Made by a program: the position numbers and the translations under genes. The notes under the pieces were generated by a model. That model was not told where the DNA came from and searched no databases. It saw only the letters and a program-made list of their open reading frames with translations. A DNA stretch of 64,000 bases, taken from an uncultured Gemmatimonadaceae bacterium. GTDB lineage: Bacteria > Gemmatimonadota > Gemmatimonadetes > Gemmatimonadales > Gemmatimonadaceae. The number at the start of each line of letters is the position of its first letter. Position 1 is the first letter of the stretch. Location of the stretch: assembly GCA_963822945.1 (NCBI GenBank), contig CAWGJO010000026.1, forward strand, positions 1 to 64,000. Reading direction: 5' to 3'. Shown one piece after another: positions 50,364-61,963 of this stretch.

Positions 50364-52425
50364 TCACTCCCCGGGCCGCAAATGCTCGCCGAAGAACTGG
50401 TCCACCCTCCGCCAGGCGTCCTCGAGCACGAACGCCCGGTCGAAGTAGTGAAATTCTCCCGGGTACATCATGAATTGCACCAGGTGGCTCTTGCCCGCCT
50501 TGAGGATCGAGTCGAGCAGCAGCGTCGTTTCCCAGAAGGGCACGTTCACGTCGGCGGTGCCGGCAAGGACGAGCAACGGGTCCTGCATCTGCCCCACGCG
50601 GGTGGTCACCGCCGAGCGGGCGTAAATCTCGGGGTTCTGTTGCGGCGTGCCCATGCGCGCCTGCATCCAGCCCGAGTGGTACGGGTCCAGGTAGTAGTAA
50701 CCGGGATTCACCAGCCCCGCGACGTCCACGGCGCAGGCGAACAGCTTGGGCTGGCGCGTGATGGCGGTGAGGGTGAAGAACCCGCCGTAGCTCAGCCCCC
50801 AGACGCCCACGCGATTCGGATCCACGTAGGGCAGGGTCTTCAGATACGCGCCGGCCAGCCGAGCGTCGGTCGCGTCCTGGCCGCCGACGTCGTGGTAGAC
50901 GGCCTCGCGCCAGTCGCGGCTGTAGCCGATGCTGCCGCGGTAGTCGGGCGCGATGACGATATAGCCCTCCTGGAGCAAATACTGATGGAAGGCGTAGTAG
51001 ACGCCTTCTCGCCGATCGACGTGCCAGCCGTCGTAGTTCTGGTTCACGCCGTCGGGATGGATCCAGACGATCGCGGGGTGCTTGCGCGATTTGTCGAGGT
51101 GATGGCGGGACGAAGAGCCAGGCGGGCACGGACCTGCCGTCGGCGCCGCGATAATGGATCAGCTTGGGCGCCACGAAGTCGTAGCCCGCGATGCTGGCCG
51201 GCATGGAGTGGGTCAGGCGCAGCGGCGTGCCGCCGCTGGAGGCGACTACGTAAATGTCGGGCGACTCTTGCGCGTCGGTGTGCTGGTAGGCGATGCGGGC
51301 ATCGTCCGGCGACCAGACGGCGTCGATGTTGGTGCCGTTGCCGTGGGTGAGCCAGGTGACGGTAGCGTGCTCGGGTGAACCGTGCAGGTCAACGACTCCG
51401 ACCTGACGGTCGCCGGGGCGGCCGGGCTCGTTGGCATCGAAGGCGATGCGGTCGCCCTTATGCGACCACACCGGCCGCCAGGAATCGAACGCGCCGCGCG
51501 TCACCTGCACGGCGGGCCCCCCGTCGGCGGGCATGACGTACAACTGATCCCAGCCGCTGGTGTCGCTGGCAAAGAGAATCCATTTGCCGTCGGGCGAGAC
51601 CTGGGGCGTGGCGCCGCGGTCGATCATGCTCCAGAACTTGTCCTCATGGTCCACGTGCACGGCGCGCGCCGGGCCGCCGTTGGCGTCGAGAAAGTAAATG
51701 GTGCGGCTCTTGTAGTCGTCGGCCACATGGCTGAGCACGAGCGTGGTGGCGTTCACCCAGCTCGGCGCGCCGTACCCCCCGCTCGGCCCCTGGACCGCCA
51801 CCGGGGCGCCGCCGTCAACCGCGGCGACGTAGAGCTTGCCGGACACGAACTCGGGGCGGGCGAAGATCAGCTTGTCGCCGACCTCCGGAAAGATGGTGTC
51901 GTGCGGCACGGAATGCGCGCCTACGGTATACGCGATGCGGTTACCGTCGGGCGACCATCGCAGGCCGCCGATGTTCTCGGCAGCGCTCGCGACGCCGCGT
52001 CCCGCGCCGCCGTCGCGCGGCGTGACGACGAGTTCGAAACCGCCGTCCCGGTGCTCGACACGGGCAAGCAAGCGGCCGTCGGGTGAGGGCGCGGCTCCGC
52101 CGGCACGGCCGCCGCCCGACTCACCGGCCTGCGCGCCGGGCACCGGTGTGGGCGTCCCCGGATTTTCGGCGCTGACGCGGTACCGGCCGTAGACGCCGCC
52201 GGAATCCCAGGTGAACGTCAGACTCTGGCCGTCGGGCGACCAACGCCAGGCGGATGGGTATTTGATGCCGACGACGGCGGGAATGGTCAGGCGCTGCGCG
52301 CCCGCGGGCACCGCGAACAAGAGGAACAGGAACAGCCAGGACTTGTGCGGGAGTCGAGCGGACGCGGGCAAGGCGATCTTCATGTTGCACTCGGGACGGT
52401 GGGCGCGGCGGGACGGTTTCGACAT
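50364..52425 (-). CDS. S9 family (prolyl oligopeptidase/DPP-like) peptidase, frameshift near 51100
   Basis: Signal peptide, WSPDG propeller repeats, DYRGSIGY, GLSYGG nucleophile, D.NVP, YPGEFH. Confidence 0.88.
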
Positions 52426-52673
52426 CGGGGACTCCTCTTCGTCAGCGGCAAACTTCCGCCCCAAGAGGCCGCCTGTCCAGATCGCTTGCGCGCTCGGAAA
52501 ACCGAGCCCACTTCTGAGCGCGTCCGTCGCGCGTATACTTGTCACGCCGCCGCGCTCAGCGGGCCGCCGGCCCGCGGGCGACGATTCCCGATCAAGGAGA
52601 GTACACGTGACCGTGAAGATCGAGGTGTCGCCGGACAACGAACACTGGACAACCACGTTGGACGGCACCGGGG

Positions 52674-53438
52674 TCAAGCAGTCGGAGTAGCGCCTCCTCC
52701 GGTGACCGGCCCTCGATCGTCGTCCGCCGGCATTTCACGCGGGTCGGCAACGTGCTCGGCCTTCAGCGTGGCGATCGCCCGGCGGAGCTGCGGCGCAACG
52801 CGGGAGTCGGGATAGCGATCGACGAGCCGGCGCAATTCGACGAGCGCGCGGGCCGGCGTGCCCAGCGGGCCGAGATAGAGGTCGGCCAGGCGGTTGCCGA
52901 CATACAACTCCTGGCCGGAGGGGAGTCCCGAGATCCGCTGGGTCTCGCGCAGCAGCTCCGCGGCGCGCTGCGGATCGCGCGCCGGCCCGGCGTACAACTC
53001 GGCGGCACGGATGCGCGCTGACGCGTTGGCCGGGTCGGCGGCGATGCGTGCTTCATAGAGCGCGAGCGCCTCGGGTAGACGACGCTGCATCACGAGCGCC
53101 TCCTCCCGCGAGAACTGTTCCTCGTATGGCGTACTGTCGCCGGTGGGAAGCAGATAGAGCTTTGCCACGCCCGCGACCGGCTCGATCAGCAGCATGGCGA
53201 GCGCGAAGAGCAAGGCCCAGGTGAGGACGAACGCCACCGGTACGGCGATGATTCCGGGGATGGCCGCCGGTGTGTGATACAGCACTACCGGAACGATGAT
53301 CAGCGAGCCGAACCCGGTCCACCCGGCCGCCTTGTAGACGTGGGCGGTATTCGGACCCAAGCGGTCGCCCAGAGTCCGCCGGTAAGGGCGCGGCTGCGGA
53401 GGTGGCGAGTGACGAGGCATGCGGTCTGCTCCGGGCAC
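52674..53438 (-). CDS. Hypothetical membrane protein with TPR-like C-terminus
   Basis: Two TM segments then helical repeats ending ALVELRRLVDRYPDS. Confidence 0.65.
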   Translation of the reverse strand: MPGADRMPRHSPPPQPRPYRRTLGDRLGPNTAHVYKAAGWTGFGSLIIVPVVLYHTPAAIPGIIAVPVAFVLTWALLFALAMLLIEPVAGVAKLYLLPTGDSTPYEEQFSREEALVMQRRLPEALALYEARIAADPANASARIRAAELYAGPARDPQRAAELLRETQRISGLPSGQELYVGNRLADLYLGPLGTPARALVELRRLVDRYPDSRVAPQLRRAIATLKAEHVADPREMPADDDRGPVTGGGATPTA

Positions 53439-53507
53439 GATGGAGACGCTCTCAAGGTACGTCGCCGGCCAGGAGGCGTCCGCCTCGTTGCCCAGGTTAG
53501 TGCCAAC

Positions 53508-54422
53508 TCACAGGATCAGTCCCGACGCCCAGAGCGCGAACCCGTTCGCCGAGATCCCTGCGGGCACATTCACCCGGGGAATCGAAAATGACTTCTCGAT
53601 CTGCGCGGGCACCCAGCCGCCCTCGATCGCGAATGCGGCTTCGTAGCCCGCCGCGGCCGCACCGCGGATCACGCGGGCATCGTGGCGGCCGTACGGATAC
53701 GCGAGCAGCGGCACGGTGCATTTCGGGAATCGCTCGCGCAACCAGGCCAGCGGCTTGGTCAACTCCTCCGTCAGCCGATCGTTGTCCACCTCGACGAGAT
53801 TCGGGTGGCTCCAGCTATGAGCGCCCAGGGCCACCTTTCCACTCCGCGTGGCCGACTCGAGGTCGGCGACCCCCGCGGCCCGGGCTTCGGGGGCAGCCGC
53901 CCAGACGGGGGCATGCTGCGAGGCCGCCCACGCCCGGATGGCCTTGTCATCGCCGGCGAACGCGTCGAGTCCTGCGGCCCGTATCTCGGGATCCAGCCCG
54001 TGTGTCGGCGAGGAGAGCTCGTCCCACCAGAACGCGCCACCTTCGAGAAACTCGGGGGTCACGAACACGGTGGCCGGCAGACGCCGCCGCGCCAACTCGG
54101 CAAGCCCGAGCGAGACGGCGCCGCGGTAGGCGTCGTCGAACGTGATCGCCGCCCGGGGGCGCTTGTGGTCGGTCGACGCCGAATGGAGCAGCTGCCGCAC
54201 CGGCACGATGTCGTGCGTGGCCTGGAGGATGTCGAGTTGTGCGCGAAAATCGCTGATCGGCAGGTGCAGTGATCGATCGCCGGCGCCGCTCCATCCATCC
54301 GGCACCACGTCGTGGTACGCGAAGATCACCCCGCGCTGCCGAAACGCGCGGCGGAGCAATGGGGCCAGGGTGACCCGGAGCCCGAACTCGGCGGTGTGCT
54401 TGGCGGTGTCCCGAAGCGACAT
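53508..54422 (-). CDS. Polysaccharide deacetylase family protein
   Basis: YHDV, ITFDDAY, PATVFV, GAHSWSHP, AYPYG. Confidence 0.88.
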   Translation of the reverse strand: MSLRDTAKHTAEFGLRVTLAPLLRRAFRQRGVIFAYHDVVPDGWSGAGDRSLHLPISDFRAQLDILQATHDIVPVRQLLHSASTDHKRPRAAITFDDAYRGAVSLGLAELARRRLPATVFVTPEFLEGGAFWWDELSSPTHGLDPEIRAAGLDAFAGDDKAIRAWAASQHAPVWAAAPEARAAGVADLESATRSGKVALGAHSWSHPNLVEVDNDRLTEELTKPLAWLRERFPKCTVPLLAYPYGRHDARVIRGAAAAGYEAAFAIEGGWVPAQIEKSFSIPRVNVPAGISANGFALWASGLIL

Positions 54423-54687
54423 TCTCTCTCCCCGATGTACGACTGCGCGCCGGCGGCCGTGGTCGACGGGAGTTTGGGGGGCAGGGCGTGTTTGAGCAAG
54501 GGCAGCGGGCGGTACGTCGTGGGCGCTTGACTCGGCTCCCGCGCCGAGCGTACCCTCGGCAAAGGTGCCGGCCGGATTCCGCAGCCCCCGGATGATGCCG
54601 GGGAGGTTCCGGTGCCGTGCCCGGCGGACGCATCCGGTATCCTCGTCCCATGCGTACGCGTCGCCGAATCACGAGGAGGGGTGAGCG

Positions 54688-55230
54688 ATGCCCATGGCCC
54701 AGAGCACCACGCAGTGGACGTTGGATCGATTGCACAGCCTTCCCGACGACGGCAACAAGTACGAACTCGTTCACGGGGAGCTGTTCGTGACACCGGCTCC
54801 CGCGCCGCTTCACGAGACGATCGCCGCGCGCCTCACACGGCTGCTGGACCCGTACGTTGCCGCGCACGGGTTGGGCTACGTGTATCGCCCGCGCGCGGTG
54901 TTCCGGCGGCACGGTTCGGAGGTCGAACCGGACATGATGGTGAGCCGGCCCATCGACACCGACCGGGGATGGGACGTCGCGCCAACGCCGATCCTCATCG
55001 TCGAGATCCTCTCGCCGACCACCCGCCGCCGGGACCATCAGCACAAGCGGGCGTTCTACATGGAAGAGGCGGTCGGGGAATACTGGATCGTGGATCCGGA
55101 ACGCCGCACGATCCTCGTCGCGCGACCGGGGCGCCCCGACGTCGTGGCCGAGGACGCGCTCACCTGGGCACCCGTGGGTGCGGTGGAGCCGCTGGCGATC
55201 CGCCTGGGCGAGGTGTTCGGAACGCCATAG
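54688..55230 (+). CDS. Uma2 family (DUF820) endonuclease-fold protein
   Basis: LPDDGNKYELVHGEL, EPD, VEILSP.T...D...K...Y, EYWIVDP. Confidence 0.9.
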   Translation: MPMAQSTTQWTLDRLHSLPDDGNKYELVHGELFVTPAPAPLHETIAARLTRLLDPYVAAHGLGYVYRPRAVFRRHGSEVEPDMMVSRPIDTDRGWDVAPTPILIVEILSPTTRRRDHQHKRAFYMEEAVGEYWIVDPERRTILVARPGRPDVVAEDALTWAPVGAVEPLAIRLGEVFGTP

Positions 55231-55432
55231 GGTCCGGCGATACGTCGTGCGCGTCTCCGGCCCGGCGGGACGGCCGCCGACTGATGCGCCGCCTCACGCA
55301 TTGACCCCCCGTGGTCCCGCGGCCATGTTCGCCCCGTTGCGCGCGGCCGGGTCCCCCAACCGCCGTCGTACGTCCCGCCGACGGGCACGCACACGGAGCC
55401 GCCCACTGCTTCCATCCTCTTCGGGACCGACC

Positions 55433-56977
55433 ATGAAATCCACCACGCTCGCCATCGGCACGATGGCCGCCCTCGTTCTCGCGGGGGCCGCCCCCGCCAC
55501 TGCCGGCGCCCAACAGCGCGGCCGCGGCCGCGGCGGAAATCCGGCAATGTCCACCATGACCGCCGCACCCGGGGCGGAATCGGGCGGCGGCTTCCCGCAA
55601 ATGCCCGCCGTCGACAGCGTGGTGGTCACCCACCACTCGGCGACCATCGGCGGACAGAAGATCGACTACACCGCGACCACCGGTACCTACGTCGTGCGTG
55701 ACGACGCCGGGCGGCCCAAGGCCAGTTTCTTCTTCGTCGCCTATACCAAGGACGGCGTCACGAACATCGCCGATCGGCCGGTCACGTTCGTGTACAACGG
55801 CGGCCCGGGCTCGGCGTCGCTGTTCACGCACATGGGGATGGGGCCCAAGGAGGTGGTGCTCACCGCCGACGGACACGGCATGCCGGCGCCCTATCGCATC
55901 AGGGACAATCAGGACTCGTTCCTGGACGCCACGGATCTCGTGTTCATCGATGCCGTGTCCACGGGCTACAGCCGCCCGGCGCCGGGGCAGAACCCGTCGC
56001 AGTTCTACGGGGTGACCCAGGACGCGACCATCTTCTCCGACTACATCTACCAGTACATCACCCGCAACGGCCGGTGGGATTCGCCCAAGTTCCTGCTCGG
56101 GGAGAGCTACGGCACCACGCGCTCGGCGGAGCTGGCCGGCGTGCTGCAGCACCGGCACCAGATCTACCTGAACGGAGTGATGCTGCTCTCCACGATGGCG
56201 TTCGCACCCTGGGGCGCGGACGACCGCACGGAGTTCTTCCTCCCCACCTTCGTGACCTCGGCCTGGTACCACCACCTGCTCGCGCCGGATCTGCAGAACG
56301 AATCCCTGGATCAGATCGCGCAGACGGCGCGCACCTTCGCGCACGGCGAGTACGCGCAGGCGCTGGAGAAGGGGGACGAGTTGCCGGCCGCCGAGAAGGA
56401 GAAGGTGGTGAGTGACATGTCGCGTCTCACCGGCCTCTCCAAGGAGTACATCGAGGAGGCCGACCTGCGGGTGAGTCCGCAGCGGTGGTTCGCCCAGCTC
56501 ATGCGCAACAAGCGGTTGATCGTGGGGCGGCTGGACTCGCGGTTCACCGGCATGAATCGCGACGCGGCGGCCGAGCGCGCCGAGTACGACCCAAGCGAGG
56601 CGAGCTACGAGGGGGCATTCACGGCGACCTTCATGGACTATGTACGTCGCGACCTGGGCTGGACCAGCGATGCCTTCTACGCGGTGAGCGGCAACGTCCG
56701 CCCGTGGGACATGTCGGCGCTCACCAACGTGGCCGAGACGTTGCGCTCGGCGATGACCGAGCAGGGCTCGCTCCGGCTGCTGGTGCTGTGCGGCTACTAC
56801 GACCTGGCGACGCCGTTCAACGGCATCGAGGAGACGGTCTCGCACATGCAGCTCGAACCGTCGGTGCGCAAGCACGTGAGCTTCGACTACTACGCGTCGG
56901 GGCACATGGTCTATATCGACCAGAAGGAGCACGACAAGCTGCACCACGACGTGGACGCGTTCATCAACGCCAGGTAG
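55433..56977 (+). CDS. Secreted S10 serine carboxypeptidase
   Basis: Signal peptide; NGGPGSAS, GESYG, GYYDLATP, SGHMVY. Confidence 0.9.
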   Translation: MKSTTLAIGTMAALVLAGAAPATAGAQQRGRGRGGNPAMSTMTAAPGAESGGGFPQMPAVDSVVVTHHSATIGGQKIDYTATTGTYVVRDDAGRPKASFFFVAYTKDGVTNIADRPVTFVYNGGPGSASLFTHMGMGPKEVVLTADGHGMPAPYRIRDNQDSFLDATDLVFIDAVSTGYSRPAPGQNPSQFYGVTQDATIFSDYIYQYITRNGRWDSPKFLLGESYGTTRSAELAGVLQHRHQIYLNGVMLLSTMAFAPWGADDRTEFFLPTFVTSAWYHHLLAPDLQNESLDQIAQTARTFAHGEYAQALEKGDELPAAEKEKVVSDMSRLTGLSKEYIEEADLRVSPQRWFAQLMRNKRLIVGRLDSRFTGMNRDAAAERAEYDPSEASYEGAFTATFMDYVRRDLGWTSDAFYAVSGNVRPWDMSALTNVAETLRSAMTEQGSLRLLVLCGYYDLATPFNGIEETVSHMQLEPSVRKHVSFDYYASGHMVYIDQKEHDKLHHDVDAFINAR

Positions 56978-57004
56978 ACCACGGACGGTGGGATCCGAAC
57001 GAGT

Positions 57005-57040
57005 GGGCCCGGGGGCGGATGACCGCTCCCCGGGCCCTTC
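57005..57040 (+). terminator. Hairpin after the S10 peptidase
   Basis: GGGCCCGGGGGCGG-ATGA-CCGCTCCCCGGGCCC; weak U-tract. Confidence 0.45.
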
Positions 57041-57218
57041 GGATATCGTGACGTGCCGTCAAAGCGGGCGGGTCGTTGACCAGTGGCTCGTGCGGCGGGC
57101 GACGGCCCATCCCAGAGGATCCGTGGCGCTCGATGTTAGCTTTGTCGGCTGGGGCGACGGGCGAGCCTTTCGTGTCGGCCCCGCGTGCCCCCCACAGCAA
57201 CCGACAACGGAGGCTCAC

Positions 57219-57953
57219 TTGTTCCGAAATCGTTTCGCGATCATGCTCGGCGAGGCCGCCGCGCTGGCCCTCGTCGCGGCCGCCGCCGGCGCGCAGACCG
57301 CCAAACCCACCACTTCGTTCACCGGCGACCTGGGCTACGTGGGCGCGTCGGGGAACACGAGACTCACCACGCTCAGCATCGGTGACAAGATCGTCCACAC
57401 CCGCGGCGTCTGGACGCTCACGCAGACGGCGGCCTATGTGTACGGCAAGACCAACGGCACCGAAAGCGCCAACCAGTTCGGCGTGTCCGGGCGCGCCGAC
57501 TGGGCGTTCCAACCGCGCCTCGGCCTGTTTGCCGCCGCGTCGTACGAGCGCAATCCGTTCGCCGGCTTCAAGCGGCGCACCGACGAGCTGATCGGTCTGC
57601 GCTGGAAGGCGGTGGTGGCGCCGCGCGATTCGCTGAGCGTGGACGCCGGCGCCGAGTTCACGCAGCAGACGGACGTGTCGGGACTCAACGACAGCTATCC
57701 GGCCGCGCGCGCCGCCGCGGCCTACAAGCACGTATTCAGCAAGCTCGCCTACTTCCAGCAACTGGCCGAGTACATCCCCAACCTGCAGTCCGGCGGCGGC
57801 TACCGCGTGAACACGGAGTCGTCACTCGTGGCGCCCATCTCGACGCACATCGGGATCAAGATGAGCTACGCCATCAAGTACAACAGCCAGCCGCCGGTGA
57901 ACTTCGGCACGACCGACCGGCTGTTGACCGCGGGCATACAGGTCTCCTACTAG
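57219..57953 (+). CDS. DUF481/YdiY-like outer-membrane beta-barrel
   Basis: GGAGG RBS with TTG start; signal peptide; LGY...SGNT; C-terminal GIQVSY. Confidence 0.8.
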   Translation: MFRNRFAIMLGEAAALALVAAAAGAQTAKPTTSFTGDLGYVGASGNTRLTTLSIGDKIVHTRGVWTLTQTAAYVYGKTNGTESANQFGVSGRADWAFQPRLGLFAAASYERNPFAGFKRRTDELIGLRWKAVVAPRDSLSVDAGAEFTQQTDVSGLNDSYPAARAAAAYKHVFSKLAYFQQLAEYIPNLQSGGGYRVNTESSLVAPISTHIGIKMSYAIKYNSQPPVNFGTTDRLLTAGIQVSY

Positions 57954-57963
57954 CGCTCGCCAG

Positions 57964-59697
57964 CTAGCCGCCCCCGCCTCCGCCGCCGCGGCCCTTCCTG
58001 GGCTTCGGCGGCGAGGCTTTGGTAGTCGAACCCTTTGCCGGCTTCGCGGTGCGGCTGGGCGGCGCCTTGGTCGGTGGCTGCGCCTCACGCACCTTCTTCA
58101 TCTGATCGGGGTTCAGCGGGCGGCCGGGGTTCGCCTTCATCACCTTGGCGCGCTCGTTGAACGGCGGCGTGGGCGGTGGGGGCGGCCGCTTGGTGATGAT
58201 CGGCTGCGCCCCGCCCGTGCGCGGTTGCGCTGTACGGCCTGCCGGCGGCGCTTCGGGGCGCGGCCGCGCCACGGGCGGTGGCTCGGCGCCACGCCTCGGC
58301 TCCGCGGTCCGCGGCGGCGTCACGTGGATCATCGGCGGACGCCGGCCCGCGGGCGGCCGGGCCACAGGCGCTCCGCCCGCCGCGGCCCGGCCCGTAGGCA
58401 TGACCGGCGGATGCGACTGGACGCGTCCCCGCTCACCGCTGCGCACCTGCACCACGGCGCCGTCCACTCGATGTCCCTCGCGGAAGACCGAGACGGGGAC
58501 GGCCGTGATGCCGTTCACGCGATGCGCGTACCGGATGCGCGACATGTCGGTAACGCGCACGAAGCGGTCGATGTCGTGCACGCCGCGCACGTTGGCCGCG
58601 TTCACGCGCCGCAGGTAGCGCGGCCCGTAGTGGTACCACGGGATGAACGGGTCCCGCGGTCCCAGGGGGAACCAGGCCTGGACGCCGGCGCGGAATCCTC
58701 CATCGCCCACGAACACCACCAGCGCGGGAGAGTAGACCGGGCGCACCATGGGCCCCGGCACCCATGCCCAGGCGCCGCCCAGCAGCGCCCAGCGTCCGTA
58801 GTGGTAGGGCGCGAAGCCCCACGGCTCGCCGGCCACCCACACCCAGCCCCATGGCTCGATCCACACCCAGTGGCCCATGCGGTACGGTGCCCACCCCGGA
58901 ATTCCCGGCGGCGGATACCACACGAATCCATACTGGGCGGTATTGGCCCAGTGCCCGTAGTGGTGCAGATCGGCGCAGCCGGGAATCTCGCTGCTCATGT
59001 ACTGGCCGCAGTCCGCCGAGGCGTACCGAGCATCGCGGTCGGCGCTCCACGCGTCGAACGACGTGAACAGCGGTGGCGGCGCCACGGTCAGGTCCACGGG
59101 CTCGAAGCCGGTGAGACGCACGGTCTGGTGGCCGCGCACCGTCTGTCCGAGGCCCGGCCCTTCGACGTCCACGGCGCCGTCGTCCACGCTGATCAGCGTA
59201 TAGGCCGCGTTCTCCGGAATCTCGACGCGGTAGTGCCCCGGGTCGCGAATGGTGACGGCGCCGTTGGGCGTGTCGATCTCGATGGTGTCACCGAAGTCCA
59301 GGCGACTGACCGTCAAGCGCAGCGTGCCACGCGCGAGTCCCAACTGGGCCAGCTGGTCGGTGAGATTGGTGATCGTGAGATCGGTGGCGTCACCGATGCG
59401 TGCGGTAAACGCGCCCGCTTCCAACTCGGCGCGCGACTGAACATCCGCGTAGATGCGGTCGCCGGCGGTGAGCGAATAGTTGAGTCCCGCCATCGTCCAG
59501 TCGGAATCGCCGGCCGCCTGGAGCGAGACGGCGCCGTCCATGGCGCTCAGGCGCGCCACGCGGCCCGGGGGACCGTCGGGCGCGGCGTACTGCGCCCGGG
59601 CGGCGGGCGCGACGACGGTGAGAAGAACGATGGCGGGGACCAGGGCCCGCCGAAGGAACGGCCGGTCGATCCCGAACGCGCGTGTCTGCTGCGTCAT
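57964..59697 (-). CDS. FecR-like/DUF6600 secreted protein with Pro/Lys-rich tail
   Basis: PPGRVARLS, EIDTPN, WAPYR.GHW.W..PWGW.WV..EPWGFAPYHYGRW, WFPLGP. Confidence 0.8.
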   Translation of the reverse strand: MTQQTRAFGIDRPFLRRALVPAIVLLTVVAPAARAQYAAPDGPPGRVARLSAMDGAVSLQAAGDSDWTMAGLNYSLTAGDRIYADVQSRAELEAGAFTARIGDATDLTITNLTDQLAQLGLARGTLRLTVSRLDFGDTIEIDTPNGAVTIRDPGHYRVEIPENAAYTLISVDDGAVDVEGPGLGQTVRGHQTVRLTGFEPVDLTVAPPPLFTSFDAWSADRDARYASADCGQYMSSEIPGCADLHHYGHWANTAQYGFVWYPPPGIPGWAPYRMGHWVWIEPWGWVWVAGEPWGFAPYHYGRWALLGGAWAWVPGPMVRPVYSPALVVFVGDGGFRAGVQAWFPLGPRDPFIPWYHYGPRYLRRVNAANVRGVHDIDRFVRVTDMSRIRYAHRVNGITAVPVSVFREGHRVDGAVVQVRSGERGRVQSHPPVMPTGRAAAGGAPVARPPAGRRPPMIHVTPPRTAEPRRGAEPPPVARPRPEAPPAGRTAQPRTGGAQPIITKRPPPPPTPPFNERAKVMKANPGRPLNPDQMKKVREAQPPTKAPPSRTAKPAKGSTTKASPPKPRKGRGGGGGGG

Positions 59698-60123
59698 ACG
59701 ACGCTCCGCGATGGTCGTTGTGAATCACTAACCGCGAACCCGGCCGGAGTTCCGGCCGGAAACGCGCCACATGTTCCACCATAGCACGGTGCGTCGACCC
59801 GAACAGTCGGAAGAATGGCGGGGGTGCGGAAAGGGGAAGGTGTAACTCGGGATGGGGAGGGCCCGGCGCGTGCGGGGAAATGTCAGGTGGGGGACAGCCG
59901 GCATGCGATTGTCAAGTCGTGATCGCACAAGGTCTTGGGGCCATACTGCAATCTGCAGGCAACGTCCCGATTGATCCATTGCGTTCATGGGCTATACTTT
60001 CCGGGCATCACTTCCCGCAGGCGTGATCGGCCGAACCGACCCCACCGACGCGACGTGCGTGCAGGGAGACAAGCTCCGTTCGCCGTCCGCCGCCAATCTG
60101 ATCGGCCCTCCAACCCCGCCGAG

Positions 60124-61266
60124 ATGCGCATCTGCCTGGTTACGCCATACGATCTCTCTCATGACGGCGGCGTCAACCGACATGTCATCACGCTGGCCCA
60201 GGCGCTTCGGCGGTTGGGGCACCACGTGCGGGTGCTGGGCCCGGCGAGCGGCGAGACGCCGCCCCGCTGCGACGGCCTGCCCGGCGTGGTGCCGGTGCGC
60301 GGCAACGGATCGCGGGCCCGCGTGGGGCTCCTGTCGTCCAAGCGTGCGGTCCGTCGCTATCTCGAGAACGGGTGCTTCGACGTGGTGCACGTGCACGAGC
60401 CGTGGGTGCCGGGCCCGGCGCGCTATGCGGTGCAGTGCTCGCAGATTCCGCTGGTGGCGACGTTCCACACGTTCGCCGAGTCGGAGCCGCGGATGGCGTC
60501 GTTCGCGCGGCGCATGCTCGCCCGCCCGCTGCACCGGCTGAGTCTCGGGATCGCGGTGTCGAATCCCGCCGCGGACTACGCGCGCCGCATCTTCGACGGG
60601 CCCATCCGGATCCTGCCCAACGGCATCGATCCGACGGCGTTCGCGGAGCCTCACGCCACGCACGGCGTGGACGGCGCGGGGCCGTGCCCCCGTGCGCCGG
60701 GTCCGCTGCGGCTGCTGTTCGTGGGCCGGTTCGACGAGCCGCGCAAGGGACTGCGGCACCTGCTGGCGGCGGCGGCGCTGCTGCGCGAGCGCGGACGCGA
60801 GTTCGAGCTGCGCGTGGTGGGCCCCGGCGACCCGCTGGCGTTCGGCGATCTGGCCCGCCGGTCGGGCGCCATCTTCATCGGGCGCGTGGACGACCACGAA
60901 CTGGCCGCCATGTACCACTGGTGCGATCTGTTCTGTGCCCCGTCCACGCACGGCGAGAGCTTCGGCGTGGTGCTCATCGAAGCGATGGCCAGCGGGCGGC
61001 CGGTGGTGGCCAGCGACATCCCGGGATACCGCGATGCCACGGCGGGGGCCGCGATCCTGGTGCCGCCCGGCGATCCCGCCGCGCTCGCCGATGCGATCGA
61101 GCGGACGGCCGACGACGAGTGGCTGCGCCACGCCGTGGTGGGGCGCGGGTGGCACCGCGCCCACCAACTGGCATGGAGCCGCGTGGCGCTCTCGCTGAAC
61201 GAACTCTACGAAGACGTGGCGGCGATGCGGGCGCTGGGCCGCGACGCCGTCGGCGTCCCGGCGTGA
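60124..61266 (+). CDS. GT4 glycosyltransferase (PimA-like)
   Basis: MRICLVTPYD....GGV..HV, DVVHVHEP, VATFH, GRFDEPRKG, GESFGVVLIEAMA. Confidence 0.9.
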   Translation: MRICLVTPYDLSHDGGVNRHVITLAQALRRLGHHVRVLGPASGETPPRCDGLPGVVPVRGNGSRARVGLLSSKRAVRRYLENGCFDVVHVHEPWVPGPARYAVQCSQIPLVATFHTFAESEPRMASFARRMLARPLHRLSLGIAVSNPAADYARRIFDGPIRILPNGIDPTAFAEPHATHGVDGAGPCPRAPGPLRLLFVGRFDEPRKGLRHLLAAAALLRERGREFELRVVGPGDPLAFGDLARRSGAIFIGRVDDHELAAMYHWCDLFCAPSTHGESFGVVLIEAMASGRPVVASDIPGYRDATAGAAILVPPGDPAALADAIERTADDEWLRHAVVGRGWHRAHQLAWSRVALSLNELYEDVAAMRALGRDAVGVPA

Positions 61267-61963
61267 CGGGCGGTCCGGCCGTCACAACCCGGTTCGAACG
61301 CAGTCCCGCTCTCGCGCGCGTCATCATCCCCTTTGCCCGCGCGTTGGGGCGATGGTACTTTCGCGCGCGGTCCGTCGGCGCCGAACACATTCCTGCCGAC
61401 CGTCCGGTGATCTACGTGTGCAAGCATCCGCGTTCGTTTCTCTACCTGGAAACGGTGCTGCTCGCCCTCATGACGTTCTGGGACAACGATCGGCCCCCCA
61501 TCCGCGTGCTCGAGAAGACCGGGACCTCGCTCCACCGGACGCCGGTGCTCGGCTGGATGCGGCGCAACGTGAATGCCGTGCCCGCCACCGAAGAACACGC
61601 GCTGGACGCTCTGGGGCATGGCGAATCGCTGCTGATCTTCCCCGGCGGCACCCGCGAACTCTATGGCCCGCGCGATACGCTCCGTTGGGAGGGACGCACC
61701 GGCTTCGCCCGGCTGGCCATCGCCGCCGGCGTGGCGGTGCTGCCGTTCGCCATCGCCGGCGCCGACCGCCAGCACTGGGGACGAGTGGCGATCGGTGGCG
61801 GGAGTCTCTGGATGCCGCCCTTTCCACTCCCGGTGCGGCTGGAATATCGGTTCGGCGTACCGATGCTGGCGGCCGAAGGGGAGCGCGCCGCGCCGAGTTC
61901 GCCTCGCGGGTGGAGGCCGCCACGCGCGAATTGATCGCGACGAGCCGGCGGAGCGCCGCATGA
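61263..61963 (+). CDS. PlsC/DGAT2-like acyltransferase 1 (frameshift near 61890)
   Basis: GAEHIP..RPVIYVCKH, LIFPGGTRE, GFARLAI; the corrected C-terminus ends at the ATGA overlap 61960-61963. Confidence 0.8.

Noticed and set aside
54688..55230. Uma2 protein as a defence or restriction system
   Set aside because: Solitary member of a widespread expanded family, with no methylase or partner genes.
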